Assembly (NCBI GenBank): GCA_016748015.1
Contig: JAAOMT010000074.1
Location: 124,001-188,000, forward strand
Length of the DNA stretch: 64,000 nucleotides
Direction: 5' to 3'
From: Geosiphon pyriformis uo1
Taxonomy: Eukaryota > Fungi > Glomeromycota
The translations under genes and the position numbers were made by a program. The notes below the pieces were generated by a model, which saw nothing but the letters and a program-made list of their open reading frames with translations, did no database searches and was not told where the DNA came from. This document shows positions 12,925 through 26,333 of the stretch, piece by piece. Position 1 is the stretch's first letter; every line of letters begins with the position of its first letter.

Positions 12925-13559
12925 GATTTCTATCTCGAATAGCTAAAGTATGTTTGAAATAGAAGTTCTATTGATAAAAAAAAGCAAATTCGTGAAATAT
13001 GAAGAGCTGTTGCTCTAATACTTAAAATCGGGGTTCCAGTCTTGGCATATGACGCGTAAGTATATTTAGGGGTTGTGATCAGATGTCAGTCAAACGCATT
13101 TAATAAAAGCGTTTCGATGCAACTATAGAAAAGAACAAGGAAGTCACTTATATTCGTTCAAAAAGGGAAGTACGTAAATAATTCATTGTTTCTGTAGGCT
13201 GTAGGCGTGCATTCTTAACATCTATTTTCTTGTGAAATATCTCGTGCCTCTTGAATGATCTTTGATACTTATCTCGATCAATATTGAAATTCAAAGTCCG
13301 AGTTTCCTTAAGGATGTTAGTTGACCGTTAAGCGGCGATATAGTGCGGAGAGATGTTCGAATTGGTCGTCATCAGTGCGACAAAGCTACCTGTGCGATAT
13401 TGCATATGTTCCCTAGATATCGGCACCTTGCAGAATGGCGTCGGGAAAAATCATGATGAATTGGCGCTACATACTTCTCGATTTAGGTGGTCATTAAAGA
13501 TTGTTAATCTAGTGGTGATGTTTTATAAAATCGCTTTTTTAATTTATTGAATATACAAT

Positions 13560-13571
13560 TATTATAATTAC

Positions 13572-13626
<55 letters not shown>

Positions 13627-16200
13627 TTTAATAAACGTGTTAATTATAGTTAAATTCAAATGGTTAATAATAATGATTTTTTATTCAAAATCAATTGCAC
13701 AATAATTTCAAAAAAAATGTTTTATTGACATATTTAACAATATTAATTAAAAAATATACTATTATTGTTTATTAAAGTTTTTATTATTATGGATTCTTAA
13801 ATAAAAAACACAATCATAACTTAAATAATTATTATTGAATTATTGATATAAAAAAAAATTAACAAGTTTAAAAAATAAAATAATTTTTTAGTTCATTAAA
13901 ATAGTTGGTTTTTTATTAAAGACTTTATCAGTAAAACAACAAAAATTATAAAACTTTTTTATTTTATATTTTTAATTGTATAGTATTTAAAATACTAATA
14001 AAAATTTTATTTTATTATATAATATTATATTAACCTTTTTTTACATTTGTTTATAATAAATTTTAATATAGATGATTTTTTAATAAAAAAACCAGTATTT
14101 CTAAAACACACAAAATAAAATTTATTATTATTATTATTTATTACACAAATTTTAAAATTTAAATATATAATAATTATTTAAAAAATACAGCTGGCTGATC
14201 ACATACAATTCACATTTAATGTAAAAATTCAAGAAAAAATAAATAAATAATTTTAAAATAAATATAAAATTTCATAATATTAAGAAATGTTTAAGAATTT
14301 CAAATTTTTACATAATTTTATTTTAAGTATAAAAATATTATTATAGTATATATTTTATACATAATTAATTATTTAAATTTAAATTAATAAATATTATTTA
14401 TTTAACAAATTAAATAAATTTATTGCTTTTATTTTACTTAAATATTTTTTAATATATTTTTAAAATTTATAAAAATTAATAACTAAAAATAAGTATTATG
14501 TTTATTTTTAAATTAATTAAAAGGTTTAAACAAGTTAATAATTATATTAAAAATACATTTAATCTAAGATTTTAAAAAAATAAAACAGATTTTATATCTA
14601 TATTAAAATTTATTTTAATAATTAAAAAAAAGTAATTGAATTTACTAAATTTGAATTTTTTAATTACAAATTTTATTATTTTAATTATTTTATATAATCT
14701 TAACTTTAGTATTTTTTATTTAAATTTATATGTATTATTAACAATAATATTAAAAAAATCAAAATTATATAATATTAAAAAGTTAACATAAAACATTAAG
14801 TTAATAAGTTTATTAAAAAATTTTTTGTAATATTAGAAAACTTAAAAAAAGATTTAAATAAACCAGAAAAACGGTTTTATAATTAATAACCAAATAATTT
14901 AAGCTTTAATATTTATATCAATATTAATATTAATATCTAAAAGCTTTTTATTAAATATAATTTTGTTTTAAAATATTGATTTTTATAATAACAATATTAA
15001 GATTTTTTTAAAATTAAAAGTAATAATAACATATTTTTATTAATAACTAAACTTAAAAAACAAAAAAAATAAAACAAGTTTAATTATGTATTTAAGCAAT
15101 TATATTATTAATTTCAAAAATTATATAGCAAATAAAAAATTAATTAATTTGGTTTTTAAATATAATATAAAAATTAATATGTTTTTTTTAATTAAGAACA
15201 GAAAAAAAATTTTTTACCAAAATTAATTAACAAACAAAAACAGTATTTAAAACTTTAGATAACTTGAAATAAATAATAAATACTGTTATAATTTAGCAAA
15301 TATTAATTTAATATTGTTTTTAAAAATCAGTTTTAAATCAATAAAATCATGTAAAAACTAAAACACAGTTTTAATATAAACTATTTTAATTTTTATAATA
15401 ATGTTAAATATTATTAAAACTAATTATTTAAAAAACAAAAAAAAGTTAAAATAATTTAATTAAATAATATAATACTATAATTAAAAAAAGTTATATATTA
15501 AAATATAACCTGTTTTATTTTTAATATTAATTTAAGTTAAATTTAACAAATATTTTGATATTATTATTATTAAATTAAAAAAAACTATTGTTTACAACCA
15601 AAATAAAATCAAATATTATAATTAATATTAATATTAAAAAAACCAATATCTTATTTTTACAAAAAAAAAACAGATTTTAAATTAAAAAATACTTAAAAAA
15701 TACAAAAAAATAATATTTTTTAATAATTAAATACATTATTTTTAAAAAAAATTGTTTTTAGTATGTTATTTTTGAAAAAATTTTAAATAAAAATAATATT
15801 TTTTTAGTAATTAAAAGCTGTTTAAGTTTTTTATAACTTAAAAAAAGCATTTTTGCAAAGTATTATTTAGTTGGTTTTAATGTTAAGAGTTTTTTAAATA
15901 ATTATATTATTAAATACAATAAAAAAAGTAGTGATTGGTTTTTTTATTTTTTGTTTTGATTGTAATAAAAATACAAAAAAAAAAAAATTTTTGATTTTTG
16001 GTTTTTGATTAATCTTTTTTTAACCACTTTTATTTTGTAATAATAATTAATTAAAATTTCAAAAAAGTTAATTGTTTACTTAAAATAATACTAAAATTTG
16101 TTTAAAATATTCTGCATTTTAATATGAAAAAATTATTATTATTATTATTAAACAAATTATAAAATAATAATTTTGGTAATCATTTCTAGATGTATATTAT
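13560..16200. repeat. (ATT)n followed by an extremely AT-rich eroded repeat block
   Basis: 14590-15240 aligns to 43560-44140; 15360-15640 aligns to 33315-33720. Confidence 0.75.
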
Positions 16201-16281
16201 CACTTTTCACATAATATAAAGTTGATGGCTTTCAAAAAATCAAAAAAAGAAATTTAGATTCAAATATTTCTTGACTATACA

Positions 16282-17827
16282 TTATGAAAAGGTTTCATAA
16301 GTGCTTAAAGATTGAAAGAGAACGTATGTACCATCAGCCCATAATAAAAATGTATAGCAATTTTCACCAGATGTGAAAAAGCCACGTTGATGGCCTCTCC
16401 ATGATACAACAGAATCCTCAATTCCCCCAACACTTATATTTCCCCATAATAGGTTATCTTTATCAATGAGGCTCCGACTAAATTCCAACGTAATTTGGGT
16501 AAGAATCATCAAAATCTCAGAAATCTTAGACAATGAAAATGATTACTTACTGAAGAAATTTAAGTAATTCAACAATCAACTCTGGAACGATCATGCCAGT
16601 CCATCTTAGTAATGTACCTGATGTAGGTGAAGAAGGATATGGTGGTCTATAAATTGAAATGTAAGAGTCGATGTTGTCCTGTGGTCGAATTCTGAAAGCA
16701 AAAAAAAGCATAGATTCCCTGATTAAAAGTGTAAACAATAAAAAAAACAAAAATAAGATGTCATAATTATCACCTTTGAGCTTTTTGATGGAGCATTCCA
16801 ATCCATTCGTAAATATCTAATGCTTTAGAGGTCCATTCTTCTTGATTCGAGATTTGCTTAATACTTGTGATGTCAGGAGTAAGAGGATTATCAGTATCCA
16901 AGATATCTGGCTCTATGACAATTTTTTGAACATTATATTCTGCAGGAAAGGATATCTCGCGAATTTCACCTGATGCTGAAAAAATTCAACTTTTTAGAAC
17001 TTATAGTAAAAAAAATTACGAAGTTATCTATGAAGTAAAAAGTTGAGCAGAGAAAACAATTACCAGAATCCACAAACGAAATCATGAAAGGATAGGTCCC
17101 AGATAAATTGTGTTCAAAACACCATTTTATTCGTTCATATCCTTTTTTGCCAGGAACCATCGAACTTGAACGTAAATCAATTTCGATGACTAAGTTGGAA
17201 ATTAATTTTGGCTTGGAAGGGTTGAAAATAATAGATTAAATAAAATGATACATACTGTATCTTTGTCGATGAGGACCAAATTTCGCAGGCTTCCCATCTA
17301 ATCCAAACGTCTCATAAGCGTCTTTGGTCAAATTCAAAACTAACTTTCCTAAGATAAATTAACAGTCAATTATATTAGCCAATGATCTGGAGAAACTCTA
17401 CTCAGAGGCATGTTTTCCATGCGTAATCTTCATCATAAGGTTAAAAGTTACCTGCCCCATCCAGAGCGAAAGTGTTCGAAATATCAATGCCTTCACTAAA
17501 GCTGTGAGCATAAACTTTTCCTTGTGTCAAGAAAGATGAATGAGAAAATTTGGTTTAAAAAAAAGAAATCAAAATAATGAGGTGCTAACCTGCTTTAACA
17601 TATTGTTGCAAAAAAGCCTTGTCAATAAAATGTGTTAGTGGCAATTCTGCTTGGTAATAAAAGGGTTTGAAGTTGCACCATTGTTCAACTTTTTTAGCTG
17701 TTAAATTCGGAAGAAAAACCCCCACATAGTGATTAAAAGGATGATCTAATATATCTTTTTCATGACGCGACTTTGGTGTGGTAACAGAAGAATGGGAAAG
17801 AAATAATTTTGCTTTGGCAGGTTCCAT
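16282..17827 (-). CDS. RPP40: Ribonuclease P/MRP 40 kDa subunit, about 7 exons
   Basis: HPFNHYV, LVLNLTKDAYETFGLDGK, IEIDLRSSSMVPGKKGYERIKWCF, IYEWIG, DSYISIY and WGNISVGGIEDSVVSW are characteristic of Rpp40. Confidence 0.88.
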
Positions 17828-18461
17828 CAGGAACCAAAAAAAATTTTGTGATGATGTACCTTTTTAATATAAAATTAATTAATATTAAACAATTTAATAA
17901 ATTATTTCTTAAAAATTTAATTTAATTATTTACAACTTAATTATTATATATTAAATATAGAATGTAGTATAAACATATAAATAATTATTTAAAATTAGAC
18001 AATAAAAACAAATTTATCTTATTAATACAACAAATTAAATAATTAATATTCTTAATAAATTTAGTTAATTAAATTTGTTTTTAATTTTAAAACTTTTTTT
18101 ATTTAGTTTAACAAGTAAAATTCAATTATTATTTAATACAATATAACAATTAAGTATTTTAAATTAAATATAACTTATGTTTTTTCTATATATAACCAGT
18201 TATTTAAACTAATTAAGACTATATTATACAATTATTTTAATTAAAATATTTTTAAATTAAAACTTATAATATAAATTTTTATAATATTAAGTATTTATGT
18301 ATTAATAATTTTGTGTTTATTAATTTATTTATTTTTTTATATTAATTAATGAGTGAGGTTCAAACATGACCTAATGCTATACATCATACCAATAATCTAA
18401 ACTAGGAGCAAATCATGCACTTTCTACACGTGACCAGCCACTCGAGCCAGTTAGGACAATA

Positions 18462-21400
18462 TTATACACCTATATGCACAGAGACTAAATCTCCAACATC
18501 TGAGAAAAATAAACAAAACTTACAAAATCCGAAACCAACCCCAAAAGCTTCAGCCACACCCAGCAACCTTACTATACCAGCCAAGAACACCATAGACAAA
18601 CCAGAAATTGATGTTAGAATAGAGCTGTCATAAGGGATCAAACCATGTTTTTCCATAAAAGCCTGGTGTTTGACATAAACCAACCAAATATCATCCTAAA
18701 ATGTGAAACAAAAGTTTTACACAAAGTCCACAATCTTTTTAGTCCCAACCTTAGAATCTTTAAAAACCAAGACAGATTTACAATACCAATTATTAAAAAC
18801 AAAGCTCTTATACAGAGCAACACCAATCCCAACCTCAGAAACACAAAAAACCAGCAACTGCAAAACACGTGAAGAGAATCAAAACAAACCAGAAAGAGCC
18901 TCCCAAGTTGAAGCATAAGTGTTCAACAACTGAACACAATCAGCAGTGTTATGAGGACAAGAAAAGATATGGTTTAAGACCTCAATATTACCACAGTACA
19001 AACACACCACACTGGGGTAACCCTTATCATACAAACGCTTACGAACAACAACTGGAAGCCAATGATAGAGGGCTTTCATGAAGTACATCTAACAACCAGC
19101 CATACGCATGCTAGTAAAACCAGCAACCAAGTAAAAATCAGGATGCCAAACCAGAGAGAACTTGAACCAATTAATATCAACACGCAAACTATTCACCACA
19201 ACCTGAGAACCAGATCCAATCTCCCATCGAGCATAATAAACAAAATGGAAAACATTATGTATAAAGTGTTTAGAGTTATCAGAAACCACTATATCACCAG
19301 TGCTCAGAAAATGTTCACTAACCAAGTAAGGCAAGTGCCAAACAGAAAGAACAGCATTCTTGGCAAGTGCATTAGCATGTTCATTGCCTGAGATGCCGGA
19401 ATGACTCTTAATCTTAATCCAAATTCTTATGACAAATGACATTAGCAATATGGTGACACTCAATCCAACAATGGTTTCTAAAATCTGGACAAACCAGCAG
19501 AGACTCTGACCTGCATGCATCCAAAGTGGCTTGACTGTCTGAAAACAAGTCAACCAAATGAAAAAGAGGCACACATTCAAAAGCCAAAGCAATGGCTTGC
19601 AATTCCATTAGAGTAGAAGAAACCAAACCAAATATCCCTACACTCAAACCTAAGTCAATGTCCTCAAAAAAGACCACAGCCCCAGCTTTCATGGCAACAG
19701 TTTTCAAACCACTCAGAGACCCATCCATGTACACAAAAAAACAGGCAGCGTTAGTAGCCGACAGATTGTTACAGATAACACCAAAATTATGAGATTGATG
19801 AACATCAGACAGAGTGGAATTTTTCACAAGAGAGGAGCACACAGAAGAAGAAGCAACACCACCAAAAAAACACACAGAAAGATCAAACCAGAAAAAAATC
19901 AGGCCATGGGAGTCCAACCTCTTCCAACACTTGAACATCTGCCAACTGAAAACAACATCATTTCAATCACGTAATTGTTCCACAAAAGTGATATCATATC
20001 GCTTGAGTAAAGAGACACATTTTAGAAAATTGATTTCACCAAGAACAAGAGACATAGGAGTACCACTCTGATAACAGAAAGCATAGGCCAGAGACCCACC
20101 CAGAAACAGATTACATCTGGAGAAAATATGAACCACACCTGTTAAGAAATTATTTGAAGAACTGATACTAACATGAACCAGAAACAGCAAGGGGTGACAA
20201 AGATGCCAGCTGAGAATCTAGAGATCATGAAACCTGTGAGAAAATAAGCAGCCCAAAATACCAACTGAATTTGCAAAAGCAATGACGGAAGCCAATTTGC
20301 TTTCTGCCTGAATTTGTTCAAAAGTTTTCAAATCATATAAAGAAGAATAATGAAGTGCATCATTGGGGAAATCAAGCAGCAGCCCAGACTTAGACTTCAA
20401 GACTTTGCAAATTAGAGTGTCCTATTTATTACACACACTAACAGAAAAAAAACTGAACCGAGTCTTATAGCTGATAATAGAGAACAGAACAACAGGAACC
20501 AAATAACTGAATTGTTTATCCAAGATGGCCTTTTTCAGAACAAGGTTGACAAAAAATTGGACATCCAAGTGAGTCTTGGCCAAGCTGGGCACTAAAAGAC
20601 CATTAGAAGACAAAAAAATACCAAGATAATAATAAGATTCATCTTTTTTGGCTATAGAAATAGGCAAGTCACTGACAGTTAGGTAAGAGGTCTCAACCCA
20701 GCAGTTGACAGAAATAGTCACAGTTTTGTTATTGTTAATCGAAATGTCATTAATCCTGAAGAACTCACTAGCAATATTCAAAATGTGTTGTGTAGTGGCC
20801 TGGCTGCTACCAACCCAGATGGTATCATCAACAAAAGCACTAGCAGCAAAAAACAATGTCAATCCAGCCTGAGATTCTACACAGCCAGTATTGAAAACAA
20901 AATGCGAATTCAACCTGTAATCATACATCTCCCCTTGCCTCTTGATCTCATATATAAGTGAATCATAAAATATGCACCAGAGAAGCAGCAAAAAAACTTC
21001 ACTCTAATTCAAACCATTATGCACCACATACCCACTAGTTAAGCCAAAATCTGTCATCACCCTGTTCCTGCAATTATTGTGGATGTTACCAAAAAATCTA
21101 ATGAACCTGTTACATATTTTAATCCTGATCAAACTCCTCTTGAGATGTTTTCAACCAACCAAATCATATGCTTTGCGCATGTCCTGTAAAACCAGCCACA
21201 GCTCTCTGTTTTTCTCCAAGGCATCTTCAACCATAGAACCAATGGCAAAAATAGGCGACTGCATTGTCGTACCCTTTAAAACAGAAAAATTGTCCCTTCA
21301 TAAAATGTCAAACTCACTGTAAACCAAAGATATTCTGTCAGATAAAATTTTAGAAAAGATCTTGTGGGCTGTTTCAATCAAAGCAATAGGATAGGTGTTC

Positions 21401-23128
21401 GTGAGAACACCCTCCCATTCATAGGGTTTAGGAATCATCGAAACCCAGGCTTCCTTCCAAGGTCCAGGCACCAACTCACAAACCAGGCAGAGATTCAAAA
21501 GCACCAAAAGCATATCCAAAACCACTCTGTTGTAATGCTTCCATAATTTATTAGAGATATTAGAAAGACCAGCTGCTTTTCCATCAGGCAAGCTCGAAAT
21601 GACACTACACATCTCATCATAACTAATCAATTTTATGACACCAGAGAAAACACCATTAAAAACGTAATCCAAAGACTGAAATTGGCATTTCCAATCATCA
21701 GAGAAATTTGAAACCACCAATCGTCTCCTAGTCTATCCCTCCATAATCCTGTCTACTTTAGATTTAACCAGCTCAGATTTCAAAACCAACTCATCATCCA
21801 CTACCAAATGATCTAACACTACCTTGTGAAATGGATGCTCTAAAACACTTTTGATAGTACAACTTTTATCCAACTCAAAACTCTCTATCCTACTCTCAAT
21901 GGCCTGTCTTATACAGCACACTTAGATTTCAGCATCTTGGAAGAGCAGTAAAACTTCCTTGCCTTAGCCAGCTCAGAGCAAATACCATTAAAACCAGACT
22001 CTGAAAGGAAAAGAGACTTCACCAATGAAGTGCCAACAGAGTCAAGTCTGTTTCATGTATCCAACAACAGAACAAAATCACTCCTAGAAGTCAAACAGAA
22101 AGCCTTTACCAGCTTAGAAACCAGCAACTCCAGCTTATGAAACCTAGAAGACACCTTATTGAAAACACTGTCAAAACCTTTGAACCACTTTTTCTTGAAA
22201 GTTTTACCTGCTGAAAGAATCATAATTTTGCGAATAATGTCCCATATTACATCCAAATCCGAAAGTTTCCCAGCCACAACAAATACATCTAAGAACATAG
22301 AAGCATTGGCAGCCATACCATCCCTGAACTCAGCCCACTTCAACTCATTTGCATCCTTGACATCAAACTTCCAGTGATCTTTATTGACTTGCTTATGTAT
22401 CGAAGAAAGACTTGTGTCTAACAAATCATTCAGACCCATAGAAACAAAAACAGCCTTATGATTAGTGTCAAAAAAATCATCAACATTTAACATGCCACAA
22501 TCCACAATTGCATTAATCAAGTTAGAAGAAAGAAACACATAATCAATTGTCTTAGCAACACCACAAGAATTGCACCAAGTTGGTAACTTAGCAAAAAAGC
22601 TCCCACCTAAAAAGTTGACCAAATCCAAATCAAAGCACTTCTTGAAACTGGTGCACTTGTGAGATCTGTCTTCATTGAAGTCACCACCAAGAATAACAAA
22701 GGAGAATTCATTTACAGCTTAGTATTGAGAGAATTAATTTCATTAGTCTAAGAAAAATGAATTGTCAAAGAGGCACCAGTATACAGCCCCAAAATGGAAA
22801 CAGAGAGTCTGTTCCTGAAAAGCAATTTTACCAACAGGAGCTAACTGGACACCTCTAGAACCTTGCACACATGTTTTGCCAGAGATGAGTTCATAATAAT
22901 TGCAACACCAGATCCCATGTGACCAGAATTCAGACCTAAAGTAAAAACACGAACACCAGCAAACCTATCCACAATCCAGGGGTGGATTTTTCCCTTCAAC
23001 TTTGTTTCAGTAACAACAGAAATTAGATTGTTCATATTATTATGCCAACATATGATGTCCATCTGTTTTGCACAACTGTTCATTCTTTTAACATTGCACG
23101 TAGCAATCTTCCAAGTAAACTCACTCAT
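18462..23128 (-). pseudogene. LINE copy 1 ORF2 (APE endonuclease, RT, RNase H, C-terminal CCHC), disrupted
   Basis: IATCNV, VTETKL, GGDFNE, TIDYVF, DTNHKAV; PIALIET, QDMRKAYD, AFVDDTIW; VYMDGS, ELQAIALA, FSDSQA, KSHSGISGNEHANALA; CLYCGNIEVLNHIFSC. Confidence 0.93.
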
Positions 23129-25036
23129 TAAGAAAGGGGTTGTGGAAGTGTACCAGCAGCCAGAGCCAAACTGTCAAAATGAGCAGACAAACTCAGCACT
23201 GAAGCAGCAAGGCCTTCTAACATATTTTCCAACTTAACAACATGGGGGAACACAGAAGAGTTCTTCACAATATAAGTAGCAATAGCAGTTTCATTACAAG
23301 TGAACTCACCCAAATCTACTCCCATCACTATATCCTCCTCTTGATTCTATGATGGGGGGGGAGTTACCAGCAGCTAACATCCAGGGCTAGACTGAGGAAC
23401 TGCTGGCATGAGTGACTCCAATCTCTTAGCCAACTCACCAATTTGTCTCACAAGGCTAATAAGACTGCTTTCAATGCTAACCAACTGTTTTTTCAAATCA
23501 TTTACAACAGGAGAAAGAGGTTTACCATTATTAATGAAACCAGAAGAAGGAACCTGTCGACAAAAAGAAACACCAGAAGAAGCACCAATTACTGACACCC
23601 AAGTTCTTCCATCAAACAAAGCCAGGCGAGAGACAAAAGCTGATTTTTTTTTTATAAATTACAGCCAGACAAACACGATCCTGATCAGAAACCACTCATC
23701 TCCTACGAACTCCAGAACTCCCACCCACAGAGCAGTTGGCAGTGATATGACCAAATTGTGTATACTGTGTGCAATATGCCAAGCAAAGACCAGTCCAGCA
23801 CAAATTCACACTCTTAAAAACTGGAATTAAACCAACAACAGCCAACTTGGACGCCTCATTCTCAAAACAAATCACAGCACACTGATTACGAACATATAAA
23901 AAAGGATTACGGCCAATAAAACAAGTCTTCCCATCATATGATTCAAGTAAACCAGAGAGATCATAAGCTGTAGTGCCAACAGGTAAGGTATACAACAATG
24001 CCTGATGTTGATCCCTTAATACCCATGTTTGTTTATTCTCTATAGCCAAAGCCACATGCACAGAATCTTTCTCTACCAGAACAGACCACTTGGAAGCAAT
24101 CTGGTTGGCAACTTCAGCTGACTTAAACTCTACTAGGGCCTTTTGTCAAAGACCAATTAACTGCATCCTGACTGATTTGATTGCACCAAACTTGGAAAAC
24201 ACTGCCACAATTGCCAATTTGGGAAGATTTACTGAAATCTCCTTGATGATCACCTCCTGATTTGTACGAATGTTTGCTTTTTTCAAATTATCATTAACCA
24301 AAATCTTCTCATTAATTGCCATCTTCCTAGCTTTATTTAAACTAAACTCTAATGTAAAAAATGATCTGATAATCTCTGGGAATTTTGAGGGAGCAGAAGT
24401 CTCACCAAAGCCATCCACTCAATAAAAAATTTTTTTAACTGAAATCAATTTGTCACTAACAGACTTCCCAGACACAGCTGATAAATCCACATCCAAAGTA
24501 AACAATTTTATAGGCTCGAAATGATGACTTCCCAGAGCACATGACTTGGGTGGCGACAATTGATTGGATCCACTAAACGTGCGAGAAGGGAGCTTTAGAG
24601 TACTATTGTCATCATTCATGTGTCCAAAAGAAGGCTGCTTTGGTGGACTGCCTAGTACGTATGTGCAAGTACAAGTCTTCTTCAGCATAGCGTCATCCAT
24701 ATTGTCATCCTTGCCCGATTCTACAAAGCTGGTCTCTTTGGCAACCATATTCACCATGTTTTCGACATCCAAGAGATTGCCCACACTGCTGACAACACTG
24801 CTTACATTGCTTTCCCAAGAAACCAGAGGCTTGTCACTGGCATCTCCAATATCTTCCAAGCTTAAAAGACCAGCAGACGAATTCAACACCACACCGACGA
24901 CAGGTATTTTCGGCTTCTTATAGGATGCACCACAAAAGTAGACAGTATTCACACACTTATTTTTGGTGGCCAAACAGGTCCCCAAACCCACCAAACCAGA
25001 ATTTGGACCACCAGCAGAAGAGCCTATTGGTTCCAT
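23125..25036 (-). pseudogene. LINE copy 1 ORF1 (two RRM-like domains + CCHC knuckle), disrupted
   Basis: IIKEISVNLPKLAIVAVFSKFGAIKSVRMQL, ALLYTLPVGTTAYDL and CTQYTQFGHITANC; internal stops. Confidence 0.85.
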
Positions 25037-25390
25037 CGTAACAAACAGGGGTGTATTAAAAGAAATAACTTAAGATAAAAAGGGAAAAAGAAAAAGGAAA
25101 AGCTATACTGTTAATATAATCTTCACTCTCGTTGTGGTCAGGGGATTGACGAGAGAAAGATTTTTAAAAATATTTTTTTAACTCATAAAAATTTTCATAT
25201 TAAAATAAGTTTTTTTTTAAATTAAATTTGGTTAAATTTTTTATTAATAAAAATATGTTTAAATAATAATAATAAGATTTAAAAGCTTTATAATTAAAAC
25301 AAAAAAACAATTTATATTTAAAACAGTATTTTTAATATTAAAATTAATTAAATAATTATTTAATTTTTTTTTATATTAATAAAAATTTTA

Positions 25391-26093
25391 AATGACAAGA
25401 ATTATCCAAGTGTTTTGTGCCTAATGTGTGGTGAGATTGAATTCTCTGATCATGTTTTTACGTGCTCAGCAGATGTGATTGTGCATTCTGAAGTTGTCTT
25501 CAGTCATATTAATTTATGGAAATCTCTGATGGGTGATCATTTCTCAGTGTCTTCTTCAGTGTTCCATACATTCACAAATGCATCTGATAATGGTATATAT
25601 GCTATATTGTGCAAAGAGTTTGTCCTTATGGATTGGGTTAAGAAAGCTGTTTCTATTTTTGGTGACAAAAAAAAAGCCATGTCAATTGTTGTTGAGTTTG
25701 TCCACTATTTGGCTGATGATCATTGTGGTAAAGCTTGGGTGCTAAGGTCTAAATTTTGAGCTAATATGGAAAAGTGTGGTTTGGTTTGCAACACAAGTGA
25801 GGTATTTGCTTCTCTCCATGGCTTGTCTGACTTGCTGTCTGTAGGTGTAATTCATATGCTTGGGGTTTTGGAGTCTTTTGCTGTTAGCTTTGGATCTAGA
25901 AAGCAGTACTCATTTTTTTCAGGCTTAGATAATAGTAGGGAGGTTTTTGTAAATATGTAGTGCTGCCTTGATGGGCTTGAGTGGCTCATCACATATAAGA
26001 AGCGCATGAGCCATCTCTAGTTTGATTCATTTTGCTTTGTTTTTGTATACTAAATAGTAGTTAGGCTGCATTCATTAAATAATAAAAAAAAAA
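25391..26093 (+). mobile_element. 5'-truncated LINE (copy 3): ORF2 C-terminus, 3'UTR and poly(A)
   Basis: DKNYPSVLCLMCGEIEFSDHVFTC is homologous to the CCHC region of copies 1 and 2; similar 3'UTR ending CATTAAATAATAAAAAAAAAA. Confidence 0.9.
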
Positions 26094-26333
26094 TTTATTA
26101 AAATAAAGATATTTAAAAAAATATATTACCAAAAACTATAATATTAAAAAATAAAAATTACAATATTTTTTTTTTTTAATTGTTAAAAAATTCAAAACAA
26201 TTATAAAATCTTTCTCTTGTTAATCCCCTAGCCACTATGAGAGTGAAAAATTTTTGGAGGAAATTACTTTACTTTATTCCTTTTTTCTTTGTTCATTTAA
26301 GTCATTTCTTTTAATATACCCCCTTTTGTTACA

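Larger units (their letters stand above)
18332..25160 (-). mobile_element. Full-length, mutationally inactivated LINE (copy 1)
   Basis: 5' end TCTTTCTCTCGTCAATCCCC shared with copy 2; ORF1 25036-23125; ORF2 23128-18462; A-rich tail at about 18332-18340. Confidence 0.95.

Noticed and set aside
18230-18331. Target-site duplication for LINE copy 1
   Set aside because: Resemblance to 25161-25260 is not distinguishable from low-complexity background.
25120-25160. HDV-like ribozyme at the LINE 5' end
   Set aside because: Only a simple hairpin is evident; the nested double pseudoknot could not be assigned.
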